Shown here: positions 25,336 to 37,424 of the stretch, piece after piece
How positions within the stretch are numbered: position 1 is the first letter of the stretch
How the letters are laid out: each line of letters opens with the position of its first letter
Source: Octopus bimaculoides
Taxonomy: Eukaryota
Assembly (NCBI RefSeq): GCF_001194135.2
Contig: NC_068986.1
Span: 59,823,096-59,887,095 of the forward strand
Reading direction: 5' to 3'
DNA length: 64,000 nt
Translations under genes and position numbers: made by a program
Notes under the pieces: model-generated
The model's database searches: none
What the model was told of the DNA's origin: nothing
What the model saw: the letters and a program-made list of their open reading frames with translations, nothing else

Positions 25336-26570
25336 GGCCCTTGCCAGAACACATTCTGTGGACTGTGACTTTGCTCTCTCTCCCTGTACCTGTCCCACCG
25401 TTGCCTATCTCCCATTTCCCTTCACCTACCACCCCTCCAACGAACCATTCTCTGAGCCTTCCAGCGACTCAAGTCCAACCCCACCACCTCACACATTTTC
25501 CTCACCCCTTCCCTTCTCCAAACGACCCCACAACCTGCATGACCTCCTGGTCCACAGTTTCTTCTCTAACCCCACCTCCCAACTTGCCTCATTCCTCTGC
25601 TCCTGCCAATGCTGCCACACTTGCTCCTACCTCTTCAACACCACCATCCTCACAGGCACCCATCATCATCCCTATCATATCACCAACTCCTTTACTGCAC
25701 TTCTAGCAATGTCATTTACTGCATCTCCTGCTCTTTCTGCCCTTCTCTGTACATCGGTCAAATGGGATGCCACTTGGCTGACCGGTTCGCAGAGCACCTC
25801 CAACACATTAGACTCAGCAATGATACCCCAGTCTTGCACCATTTCCGCTCTACCGGTCATTCACTACAACACCTGTCTTTGCAAGGGGCCATCCAGACTC
25901 CCGCCTTCGTCATGAACAGGAATTAATCTTCTCTCTTCGCTCCTTTGTATCACATGGGCTCAACTCTCCTCCTCTCTTCATCTGACTCTCCTCCTCTCCT
26001 CTCTTCATCTGACACCTACTTCTTCTTTTCACTCCTACTCAACTCTCCTCTCCTCTCTTGCTCTGACACCTACTTCCTCTTTTCGCTCCTACCCACCTTC
26101 TCTCTTCCCTGATACCCCACCACCCCAACTCCCACATATCCCACCTACCCCATCCCTCCATTCCACACCCACATCCCCACACCACACCACCTCACACAGA
26201 CTAGCACTGACCCCTTCCCAGCACAACACACACCATCATCTGCACACCCGCACACCATCATCCACACACCCACACTTACACATGCACACATCCACATGTC
26301 AAAGTCACTAGCCCCTATCCACACACACTTACACATTCTCACATACACACATGCCCTTCGTTTTGGGATCACCAATAGTTTATTATCTTCTTTTCTTTCT
26401 ACCTCTCCTGTCAAACCATTTTTTCAAACCATCGCTAAATCCACAAATTTTTTTATTCTCTCTCTGTTTATTTTCTCTTATTCTTTTCTGCTGAAGAGCG
26501 CAGGCTCAAAACGTAAAAGACTTTCTCATTTTCCTAAGCATCAAACTAATACACCTGTCTTCAGCCTTTA
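25335..26570 (+). mobile_element. Penelope-like retroelement 3' fragment (GIY-YIG endonuclease and 3' region)
   Basis: KRPHNLHDLLVHS...CSCQCCHTC (Zn linker) and CTSSNVIYCISCSFCPSLYIGQMGCHLADRFAEH (GIY-YIG); frameshifted; pyrimidine-rich tail with a ~57-bp duplication. Confidence 0.85.
26491..26520 (+). ncRNA. Degenerate hammerhead-like motif at the 3' end of the Penelope fragment
   Basis: CTGAAGA-G-cgcaggct-C-AAAA-CGT-A-aaaga; GAAA box reads AAAA, stem I imperfect. Confidence 0.35.
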
Positions 26571-26584
26571 TTTTTCTGTAAATG

Positions 26585-27100
26585 ATGCTGAGGTACAAAT
26601 ATATGAAGCCCAATATACCCATCATAACTACTCATTTGATAAGGGTAGACATAGCACATGCATCATAACCATATGTGAGTGACATAGTGACCTCGTATCA
26701 AGATAAACAGTGCATGACCTTGCAGGTGGAGCAGTTAGAATTTTCTCCAAGTCGAGTAGCCCATCCCACTCAAAAGGTCCTTAAATAAGGGTTGTTTAAG
26801 GATGATGAACAAAACACCATGTTTCCAGGGGAGAATTATTCAAACCCCAAAGAATTCCTTTCAACACATGGCTGTGATGCTCCCTGACTACTCCTGCTTG
26901 TGATCAGAGATGCACATATTGTCAGCCACTAAGGGACATGCTCAACTTGTCAAGTTCAAACAATTGACAAGCAAATTTGTGGTATTGAGCAGAATATTTG
27001 CTGTTGGCCATCTTTTATACCAAGACAAAACAATGTACATGATAACACTTCCAATCAGTTAAAATCAGAGGTCATGAGAGTCACTGTCTTGTATTGCATG
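26585..27100 (-). repeat. Interspersed repeat (probable LINE 3' end), same family as 37195-37420
   Basis: ggtacaaatatatgaagcccaatatacc...gcatgaccttgcaggtgg is the reverse complement of 37210-37378. Confidence 0.65.
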
Positions 27101-27159
27101 AGTTCAAACTGGCTGGCCTTGTGCCAAGATTTGAAATCATCATCATTATTATAATTGTT

Positions 27160-27305
27160 GGCGTTAGGAAGGGCATCCAGCTGTAGAAACTCTGCCAAAT
27201 TAGATAGGAGCCTAGTGTAGCCATCCGGTTTCACCAGTCCTCAGTCAAATCGTCCAACCCATGCTAGCATGGAAAGCGGACATTAAACGAAGATGATGAT
27301 GATTA
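27160..27305 (+). mobile_element. RTE 3'-tail-derived short repeat (family B)
   Basis: gttggcgttaggaagggcatccagctgtagaaactc...catgctagcatggaaagcggacattaaacg-(GAT)n. Confidence 0.85.
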
Positions 27306-27324
27306 TTATTATTATTAAAGAAGT

Positions 27325-27980
27325 GAGCTTGCAGAATGAAATGCTTAACGATTTTAGCCATCACTACATTCTGAGTTCAAATTCTGCCAAGGTTGACTTG
27401 GCCTTTCATCCTTTCAAGGTCAATAAATTAAGTACCAGTTGAGCACTGGGGTCAATGTAATCAACTAGTCCCCTCCCCAAAATTTCAGGCCTTGTGCCTT
27501 CAGTAGAAAGGATTATTATTATTACTATTATTATTATTAACAACAATATTAGCAGAATTCTTACAGACTAGAAAAAATGCCTTGTTTGGGCTCTCTCTGT
27601 TCTTATGTTCAAATTTTATCAAAGTTAACTTTGCTTTTTTTTCTTTTGGAGTTGATAAATAAAATAATGGACAAGTACTGACGATCAATGCAACCAACTA
27701 ACTCCTTTCTGTTAAAACTGTTGGCATGGTACCACCTATATTAGAAACAATTATTCTTATTATCAGATGGTGCTTTGGCAGAATTGTTAAAGCAACCAAC
27801 TTGTAATTATTCTGGCTTATTACCTTCTGAGTTCAAATCCATCTGCGCCATAGTCAACTTTGCCTTTCCTCTCTCTATGTTCAATAAGATAAGGTACTAG
27901 TCAAATTCTGGGGTTAATGTAACCAATTAACTCTTTCTCCTAAAAAATTCTTAGCCTGGTGCCTAATTTAAAGAGGAAAA
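27325..27980 (+). mobile_element. Cluster of three SINE family C copies
   Basis: Recurrent ttctgagttcaaattctgcc...tttgcctttcatcc...aagtaccagtt...ggggtcaatgtaa motif at ~27370, 27600 and 27825. Confidence 0.7.
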
Positions 27981-28160
27981 AATTCTATGTTGTACCTGCA
28001 TGAAATCTTGCTACCTTTTTTTAAAAACAACCATGTACATCATGCTATTTCTCAAATGATCCAAACAAGGAATATCTCATGAGGCAAACCAGCAAATGAC
28101 TCATGGCTCAAACTATTCTATAGTAACAGAAAAGGGGTTTCATAGTAGGTCCTCATTTCT

Positions 28161-28195
28161 ATTTGGTGTTTCTGATTTGGTGTTTCTGATTTGGT
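28161..28195. repeat. 14-bp tandem repeat, 2.5 copies (atttggtgtttctg)
   Basis: Direct reading. Confidence 0.85.
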
Positions 28196-28449
28196 CAAAT
28201 TCTACAAACTGTTATATTGTGATTCCTGACAGGAATTTTGCATGAATTGTGCTTACACAACTGAGTTTTTTCAATCTTAATTAAGCAATTAAGGCATCAA
28301 GCTGGCAGAATCATTAGTACACCAAGCAATTGCCAGAACCATTAGAATGTGGAATAAAATGTCATGTGGTATTCCTTTCTTGTAAAAGTTTTGTTCCCTA
28401 AGAGGGGTGAAATTTCAGAAATGGAGATCCTGATAGTACTTTTTTCATT

Positions 28450-28680
28450 GTTGCAGTTGTCATTGTTTGCCCACCCAAGTTATCAGAGACTGAGTAGATC
28501 TATGATCAAAGGCATTCCAGCCATACCTACTCATCATTCATAGGCAAAGTGCATCTAGGAGCACATTATCCAATGTATCCATCCTTTTTAAGGCAGTAAG
28601 ATGTGATATGCAGGACATTTGGTTGTAATTTCTAGGAAGTTATGTACCCATGCAGAGACTTCCTCATTGGCCTGTGTCTC
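28450..28680 (+). repeat. Interspersed repeat family D
   Basis: tatgatcaaaggcattccagccat...tttctagga motif recurs, degraded, near 29190-29460 (-), 37000-37150, 47480-47660, 51700-51830 and 56900-57080. Confidence 0.6.
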
Positions 28681-29494
28681 TCTCATTGACTCATGGTTTT
28701 ATCATTGGCCATAGTTTAGTGAATTGGAAGGAGCTGTGCCAATGGCCAACACAAGCCATAAGAGATTGATGACAATAATAGTTTCACTTCCACCACCTTT
28801 CTATTCTGATATCAGATACCATCAAGTTTTAGAAAAAGAATAAGCAACAATATTGCAGTAGAGTGAGTTCAACCAACTGTACTTCTGCCAAACAATATTT
28901 TGTCTTGTGTCTAAGGGAAAATCTAATATTTCCTGTCCTGTAGTCACTGTAAAAGAGTTAAGATAGAAATTATTTAACTTTCTCATAACTACAGGTTGAA
29001 AAGCATTGAGTTTTGAGTTCTGCAGTAAATATGACTTTCTAAATGTTAGAGGAAATTTTACTTTATGCATTGACAACAAAGTTTCCCACAATGCTTAACA
29101 ATGCCCTCTGGCTTTATGTAATGTTTCCTCTCAAAATTTTGACTTTTTAAAATCTTTTATTTCTTTACAATTCTACAAAAGATGTACAAGCCATTGAAGA
29201 AGCCAATGACTGGCCACTCAATCTGCTAGAAGTAGCAGTCAAATCTCACTCAATCATGTCCTACTGTCTTAAAACTCAAAGGAGCAGCACATTAGACAGA
29301 ATGGTCCAAGATGCACAGTTGCTTGGACTTGCTGGAAACAGCAACCACAATCTCCTTCATATCACACTCCATTATCTTGGATATACAAAAAGATAAGATG
29401 GTTATGGGTGTAATGTCTTTGATGAAAGGTCTGCTTGTTAATGAGTTGACATGAAGCTACATAATAATAGCAAATTTTGTTTCACTGAATAAAG

Positions 29495-29710
29495 AATAAT
29501 CCTTTCTACAATAGGCACAAGGCCTGAAATTTGTGGAGAGAATTAGTCAATTACAAAGATCCCAGTACTCAAATGGTCCTTATTTTATTGACTCCAAAAG
29601 GATGAAAGGTAAAAGTCAACTTCAGCAGAATTTGAACTCAGAACATAAATCCAGAAAAAATGCCATGATGCATTTTGTCCAGCATGCTAACAATTCTACC
29701 ATCTAGCTGC
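29495..29710 (-). mobile_element. SINE family C
   Basis: Colinear with 60240-60445. Confidence 0.75.
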
Positions 29711-30974
29711 CTTCATTGAATATAGAATAAATGAGTTCAAATTTCATTAATTAATTTTTTTCCCAAGAGTTAAAATCTGAAATTGTTGCTATGTTGAGGC
29801 TGTGTTTTACTACATTTGATAAAATTGTATATTCTGTTTTCAGGAATAAAGAATTAGAGTAGCACCCATTAATTTTTGCAGACAGATAATATTCAGCTTG
29901 AACATTTATTATTACCAGCAATACAAAGAAGAGAGCTGGTAGAATCATTAATGCAGCAAAAATTGCTTTGTGACATTTGTTCCAACAGTTTAGATCCTGA
30001 GTTCAAATCTGATTGAGGATGATGGTATTGACAAATCCTCTTGCTTCAAAATTGCTGGCCTTGTGCCTAATTCAGAAAATCCTTACTAGCAGTACAAATG
30101 GAAATACCATTGTTATTTTTAAAACTGTTGGATTGTTGGATTTCTTTTGAAATTGTGCTTTTTCTGAAGTGCTTGATATTGTTGATGAAGATTATTACTG
30201 TATTAGTATTATTATTGTTGATGAAGTAAGTATTTTATGTTTATGAAGATAAGTATTATTGAAAGTGCAGTCTTAGGACAGAGATGCCAAGAAGTAAATG
30301 GGCTCTGCAATGAGTATTAAGGGTCCATGATTAAAAGTATTGAGAATGTGTTGAAAGAATAATTAATGTATATAGCAAACAACAACTGTAACTATGAAAT
30401 GAAATCAAAAATAAAATTTATCTGTATTATTCTGCAAAGATATACTCTTTTACTCTTTTACTTGTTTCAGTCATTTGACTGTGGCCATGCTGGGGCACCG
30501 CCTTTTTTTATATACATATGATTACTTTGCAAAGGCTTCAACAAATCTTAATATATCCTTATTTTATTATAAGAGGGAAATGGTTGGACTTAGACTCACA
30601 ATCCCATCAAATGAAGTACAATTGCCTCACTATGAATTCTAAACTTAATTTAAAATATGTATTTATCAGTAAAGTGCCTCACAAATAGTATAAACAATAT
30701 AAATGTTGTGCCTATAATAAACTATGTCTTTGATTTAGTTCCAGAGTTTATCAGTCAACTATCTTGAAATAATATAAATGTATGAATAATACATTTTGTT
30801 TTTATTGTTTTACACTAGTTTCCCAGTTTTGCATTCCAAGTTCAAAAATTACTTTAAAATTTATTTTACACTTCAAACTATTATGCATTGCATAAAACAG
30901 AACAAACAAAAAACAATACGGGAAATCTCTAATGATATAAAATCAACATCATTAAAATCAATCATATGCAACAT

Positions 30975-33900
30975 CATCATTATCATTGTTTAACGTCCGA
31001 TTTCCATGCTAGCATGGGTTGGACTATTTGACTGAGGACTGGCAAACCAGATGGCTGCACCAGGCTCCTATCTGATCTGGCAGAGTTTCTACAGCTGGAT
31101 GCCCTTCCTAATGCCAACCACTCTGAGAGTATAGTGAGTGCTTTTACATGCCACCGGCACAAGGTCCAGTCAGGCAGTACTGGCAATGGCCACGCTCAAA
31201 ATGGTGTCTTCTATGTGCCACCTCCACAGGAGCCAGTCCAGCAGCACTGGCAATGACCTCGCTCGAATATTTTTTCACATGCCACTGACACAAGTGCCAG
31301 TAAGGCGACGCTGTTAACGATCACGTTCAAATGGTGCTATTTACGTGCCACTGGCACGGAAGCCAGACGGCTGCTCTGGCAATGATCATGCTCGCACGGT
31401 GCTGTTAGTGCTTCACTGGCACAAGTGCCTGTCATCGAATTTGGTTCAATTACGATTTTGATTTCACTTGCCCCAACAGGTCTTCGCAAGCAGAGTTTAG
31501 TGTCCAATGAAGGAAAGGTACGCATAAGTGGGCTGGCTACACCCCTGGAAGAGGCCACGGATTATGGTCTCTCTTGGCATGCCGGGTCTTCTCACGCACT
31601 GCATATTTCCAATTGCCTCAGTGAGGCCCAATGTTCGAAGGTGGTGCTTCACCACTTCATCCCAGGTCTTCCTGGGTCTACCTCTTCCACAGGTTCCCTC
31701 AACCGCTAGAGTGTGGCACTTTTTCACACAGCTATCCTCATCCATTTTTACCACATGACCACACCAGCACAATCGTCTCTCTTGCACACCACAACTGATG
31801 CTTCTTAGGTCCAACTTTTCTCTCAAGGTACTAACACTCTGTCTAGTATGCACACTGCATACTGGCTTCATTTCTTGCAAGCTTATGCATGTCCTCGGCA
31901 GTCATGGCCCATGTTTCACTGCCATGTAGCATGGCTGTTCGTACACATGCATCATACAGTCTGCCTTTTACTCTGAGTGAGAGGCCCTTTGTCACCAGCA
32001 GAGGTAAGAGCTCTCTTTACTTTGCCTAGGCTATTCTTATTCTAGCAGTTACACTTTCAGCGCACCCTCCCCTGCAACTGACTTGGTCACTTAGGTAACA
32101 GAAACTATCAACTACTTCTAGTTTTTCTCCCTGGAGTGTGGCAAAGGTTGTTCTCTGCACATTTTCAGTGTTTATTGTTCCTGAGCATCTGCCACATACA
32201 AAAACTATCTTCCCAGTTAACCTTCCTTTGATATTGCTGCACCTCTTATGTGTCCATAGCTTAAACTGGGTACATCTTATAGAGTTTCTACCTACGCCTC
32301 TTCTACAGATCAAGCAGGGCCATCTACTTGAAGGGATATGTGTTTTGTCTACCTTCCTACTTATTAGGACTTTGATTTTAGCTAGGTTGACTCTAAGGCC
32401 CTTCGATTCTAGTCCTTGCTTCCACACCTGAAACTTCTCAAGTTCTGNNNNNNNNNNCCCTTCGATTCTAGTCCTTGCTTCCACACCTGAAACTTCTCAA
32501 GTTCTGATAGTGACTCAGCAATTAGTGCAAGGTCATCAGCATAGAGGAACTCCCAGGGGCATCCTGCCTTGAATTCATGTGTCATTGCCTACAGGACTAT
32601 GATAAATAGGAGGGGGCTGAGGACAGAACCTTGGTGGACCCCTACCTGTACCCGGAATTCTTCATTGTACTCGTTGCCAACCCTCACCTTACTTACAGCG
32701 TCCCTGTACATGGCTCGCACAGCTCTTACTAACCATTCATCTATCCCTAGTTTCCTCATTGACCACCAGATAAGGGAACAGGGGACCCTATCAAAGGCTT
32801 TCTTCATGTCAACGAAAGCCAGGTACAGAGGTTTATCCTTGGCTAAGTATTTCTCTTGCAGCTGTCTTACCAGAAATATAGCATCAGTGGTGCTTTTCCC
32901 TGGCACGAACCCAAACTGCATCTCATCTAAACAGACTCACTTCCTAATTATTTGAGCTATGACCCTCTCCGTGACTTTCATTACCTGATCTAACAACTTG
33001 ATACCTCTGTAATTATTTGTATCNNNNNNNNNNCTTTTCCCTGGCACGAACCCAAACTGCATCTCATCTAAACAGACTCACTTCCTAATTATTTGAGCTA
33101 TGACCCTCTCCGTGACTTTCATTACCTGATCTAACAACTTGATACCTCTGTAATTATTTGTATCTAAAGCGTCACCTTTACCTTTGTAGCAATTGACTAT
33201 GGCGCTGCTACACCAGTCATTGGGTATGACTCCTTCGTGTATCACCTGGTTAACTATACGGGTGACGAGGCTTTAGCCAGCACTGCAAGATATTTTGAGC
33301 ATCTCTGCAGTGATTCCTGATGGGCTGGGGGCTTTCCTTGTCTTCATACTCTTAATTGCTTTATCTACCATGGTACTGTCAACTCGGATTGCTAGTCCCT
33401 CTGTTGGGTCGACATTTGGCAGACTCTCCTTCTCTCATTCATTCTCTTTATTGAGCAGCCTTTTATAGTGGCGTCTCCAAACCTCTCATTGCAGCCTCGT
33501 TTAGTGCAAGTGAACCATCATCCATATGGACACATTTCTCTCCTACGACATCATGATTCTCTCTCACACGCTGTCTTGCAACACGAAATACTTCAAGTCT
33601 TTGGTCCTCATGGTGCAGAACATTGGCAAATTTTTTCTTATCTGCTTCCCTTCTGGTTAAATAAACCTGTCTCCTAGCTTCCCTTCTGGAAGTCTGATAC
33701 AATTCCCTGCTACCACTGTTCTTCCAATCCTTCCAAGCCTGTTTCTTTTGTCTAATAGCCTTGTCAACCACATTGTTCCACCACCACATTACCTTGGGTT
33801 GAGAGGGGACTTTGCACCATCCACAGATCTGGTTAGAGGCCCTCAGCAGGTTGTCCTGTAGAAACCTCCAGTTGTCTCCTACATTGTGTGAAGCTATATC

Positions 33901-35040
33901 CCCTACTATTTCGTCAAAGGCTTCGAGTAATATGTCTCTAAATCTCTGCCTATTCGCAGGATCATTAAGCTTCCAGACCCTTAGCCAGTTAGTCTGCAAG
34001 AGGGTGTCATAAAATTGGTCTTTCTGTCCATCGGGTAGCCCTGGCTGAGGGGCACAGGCCGAGGTAATTGTTGTTAACCCATGATGAAGGACTAATCTAA
34101 TCTTAAGTATTCTATCCCATACTCTGACTACCTCGATTACCTTATCCACCCATTTCACTGCAAGAAGTATACCCATGCCCCCGACCCCACCTGTGTTCCC
34201 TGCCCAGAAAATCTTGTACCTGTGTTCTTTGCCTGTGAGGAACCTAGCGGGACCTCCTCTCCACCTTACTTCTTGGAATCAGCAGATATCGACACATCTC
34301 CGTTCAAGCATCTCAACAATCTCACCAGGCCTACCTCACAGTGTGCTGACGTTGAGTTTGCCAACCCTGAGGATANNNNNNNNNNACTAATCTAATCTTA
34401 AGTATTCTATCCCATACTCTGACTACCTCGATTACGTTATCCACCCATTTCACTGCAAGAAGTATACCCATGTCCCCGATTCCACCTGTGTTCCCTGCCC
34501 AGAAAATCTTGTACCTGTGTTCTTTGCCTGTGAGGAACCTAGCGGGACCTCCTCTCCACCTTACTTCTTGGAATCAGCAGATATCGACACATCTCCATTC
34601 AAGCATCTCAACAATCTCAGCAGGCCTACCTCACAGTGTGCTGACGTTGAGTTTGCCAACCCTGAGGATATGGGAGGTGTGGGCCCGTGGGACCCTGGGA
34701 CGGGGGACAGCAGCGTCATGTACCTGAAAAGAAAGCTCGCATTTGGCAGAATTAATAAACAAGCAGTAGCCTTCAATTCAACCTGCATACACTACACTAT
34801 CATATTCTTGCACTATGTGATCACTACCTTACATAGGAGGAGATAAACTTAAGTAGGGGTGGGGGTGGCATGAAGCCTTTAGAAGTGTTCATGGGAGACA
34901 ACCAAAGGATGGGAGAGGATAGGAGCTTCCAGAACTGGTGGAGAGGATAGGAACTTCTGGTACTGGTGGAGAGGATAGGAACTTCCGGTACTGGTGTAGA
35001 GGATAGGAACTTCCGGTATTGGTGGAAGGGGTGGGAGGGC
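30975..35040 (-). mobile_element. Near-full-length RTE LINE (APE endonuclease + RT), disrupted, with gap-edge duplications
   Basis: ILRVGKLNVSTL...(APE), MQFGFVPGKSTTDAIFLVRQLQEKYL...GVHQGSVLSPLLFIIVL, ELLYADDL (RT), GRGRPRKTWDEVVKH; (GAT)n tail at ~30975. Confidence 0.95.
34912..35023. repeat. 28-bp minisatellite, 4 copies, in the RTE 5' region
   Basis: Units ggagaggataggaacttccggtactggt and variants start at 34912, 34940, 34968 and 34996. Confidence 0.9.
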
Positions 35041-35194
35041 AGGTGCACCACAAGCAGAGTAAGTCAGAGGTATTAAGATCGAGTAGGGGAATCGGGGTGC
35101 GTGCATTAGTTTATAGTCCTGGCGAAGCAAGAGATAATCGAAAGAGGGAGAGAGAGAGAGAGTGAGATTGAGAGAGACAGAGTAAGGCAGAGAG

Positions 35195-35214
35195 AGGGTT
35201 AGGGTTAGGGTTAG
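35195..35214 (+). repeat. Short telomere-like tract (AGGGTT)3
   Basis: agggttagggttagggttag. Confidence 0.6.
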
Positions 35215-37194
35215 TGGTCAGAACACGAGGGAAAAAAATATTCGTTCGGGATTTGTGTAACATAGTTTAACGAGACAGCAAATGTTGATAATAGTAATAT
35301 AGAATTGAAAAATCTGAGAGTTTTCAGTCAGAAGTATAGAAATAAGTGACTGTGTGATAAACTTGAATAAAAGAATGAATTTGATGACATGGCAATGAAA
35401 CATATATGTAATGTTGGTGTATATATATCCATTTATCCAATATCCAAAAATAAAAATGGAAAAAGAAGAACTAGGAAAGAAAAAGAAAGAAAAGAGAAAA
35501 CAATAAAAAAACAAAAATGAAAGAAAGAAAGAAAAAGATAAAAAACATCAATGTAACACCAAGTGTCTCAATTATTTGCACACCATTAGGTTCAATGGAA
35601 CCTACTGAAGCAAGCCAACATGCTTGCGGCATTACCACAGGCGATGGTGAGACTAAAGGCATTGGAACAGCCTGACACCTCAGCAAAGTGAGCCACCAGC
35701 AGTGACAAGAACTTCACCATTAGCAGGTCAGCCCCTCCAAATGTCTCAAACATCACAGTCTGGAAGAGATAGTTCACTGACAGGTCCTGATACTTCAGGA
35801 TTTTGTTGTTTGGCTAGGGAAGCAGAGACCTTCCCATTTACTGCAGCATCCAGGATATGGGAGGGAGGAAAGGGGTTACAGACTGTGAAGTCCCAAATGA
35901 GGTATCTACTTCTTACCTAGGAACAGAGGGTTAGACCATCTGGTCTCTTCCCATCACTTCTAGATAATCCCACTTTCAATCCATATTTAGCTTTACATAT
36001 ATAAACTCTAGCTGAATTTTATAGATTATTGTATATGGAAGCCATCACCAGACCATTGGCTTCTCTTGCTCACTCTGACCCCAAAATTGCTCACAGGCAT
36101 TTTTGGTTTGAACAGTTGTGTGAAGTACATGATCAGAAAAAAGATGGTAGTGGAGATAATCAGAGTTATGTTGAGTCCTTCTCTGATCCATAGATGTTTC
36201 TTAGCCATATGTGGAAATATTATCTAGTTTGTGCTTATTATTGTTCTATATATATTTCAGCTATATAGGATTCAAAAAGAATCAAGGCACATTAATATGT
36301 TGCATGCTACTGATCAGCCAGAGAGTATCATGCAGAGCAGACATTGAAATAATCCATTATCAGCACAGAAGGCATTAATGAAGTCAAGACACTGTTGTTG
36401 GGTAATCTGTAAATTCAACAGCGCACAAATTATTCAATGAATAATAAAACATTGAATATGGCGTAAAATAATAATAAACAAATAAATGGATTCTAAATGT
36501 TACAACAATTATTTTGATAAGAATCTTCACTTTCATGGAAGCATAATACAATTCTTTGGATTATGTAATACATTATGCAATTCTCACACTCATCATGCAA
36601 TATTTAAAACAGAGTGATGATATGTTGAGTAATCAAATGATTCTCGGCAAGTGGAGTTACAAACCAAGGTACCGACTTATAAAATGTATAAAGTAGATGT
36701 ATCATGAAATTGACACTTAATTATAGTATAGAACAGGAAGGAGAGGAATTATAATTTGCAGTTATAGACTTTAAAAGGGAGTCAGAGAGGTTCATTTACT
36801 TTCAGTAAAGCAGACAATTGGCACCAATAAGCACATTAACTCCTTCAGATATATTCCAAGCAAATGTTTACAATACCTCTTAAAACCGTTATTTTCTGTT
36901 TTAACACTTATTTATATGCATCTATAAGCTCTTTGTAGCCATAAAAGAAATTATTATAATCATTTTATTATTATTGTCATTGTCCTTTAGTGTTAGGTCT
37001 ACCATAATCAAGCAAACCTATAAGCTGTGATCATCTTTAATTTTTGCCTTCATGCAGGGAAGCCAGAATCACATTGCCTGTTTCCTTTTCTTTTTTCTAA
37101 GATGTAATTTTGTTGCTATTTCTAGAAGCCAGTGTGAACAGAAAGAATCTCCTATGGTCACACCTCATTATTATTACTGAGTGGTGAAATGTAA

Positions 37195-37420
37195 AATTTG
37201 TAAAGTGGCAACTTTGCCTTGCATTCTAACTGGACCCCCACCTGCAAGGTCATGTGTTGATTATCTTGATATGAGGTCACCATGTTCCACACATATTGTT
37301 GTAGTGCATGTGTTTGGTGTACCCTTATCAGATGGGTAATCATGATTGGTATATTGGGCTTCATATATTTGTACCCTAGTATCACTTTGATGGCATATAC
37401 TGTTCTCTCACTCAATAATA
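37195..37420 (+). repeat. Interspersed repeat ending in a short (AAT)n tail
   Basis: Reverse complement of 26585-26740; ends ctctcactcaataataatag. Confidence 0.65.
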
Positions 37421-37424
37421 ATAG

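Noticed and set aside
32390-34660. Apparent internal duplications in the RTE (around 32448, 33024 and 34376)
   Set aside because: Each duplicate directly abuts a 10-11 N gap and repeats neighbouring sequence almost exactly, typical of unmerged contig overlaps.
34912-35023. CRISPR-like array
   Set aside because: The units are contiguous with no unique spacers, in eukaryotic context with no cas genes.
36035-36193. 52-aa ORF MEAITRPLASLAHSDPK...
   Set aside because: No recognisable homology and no donor site; this length is expected by chance.
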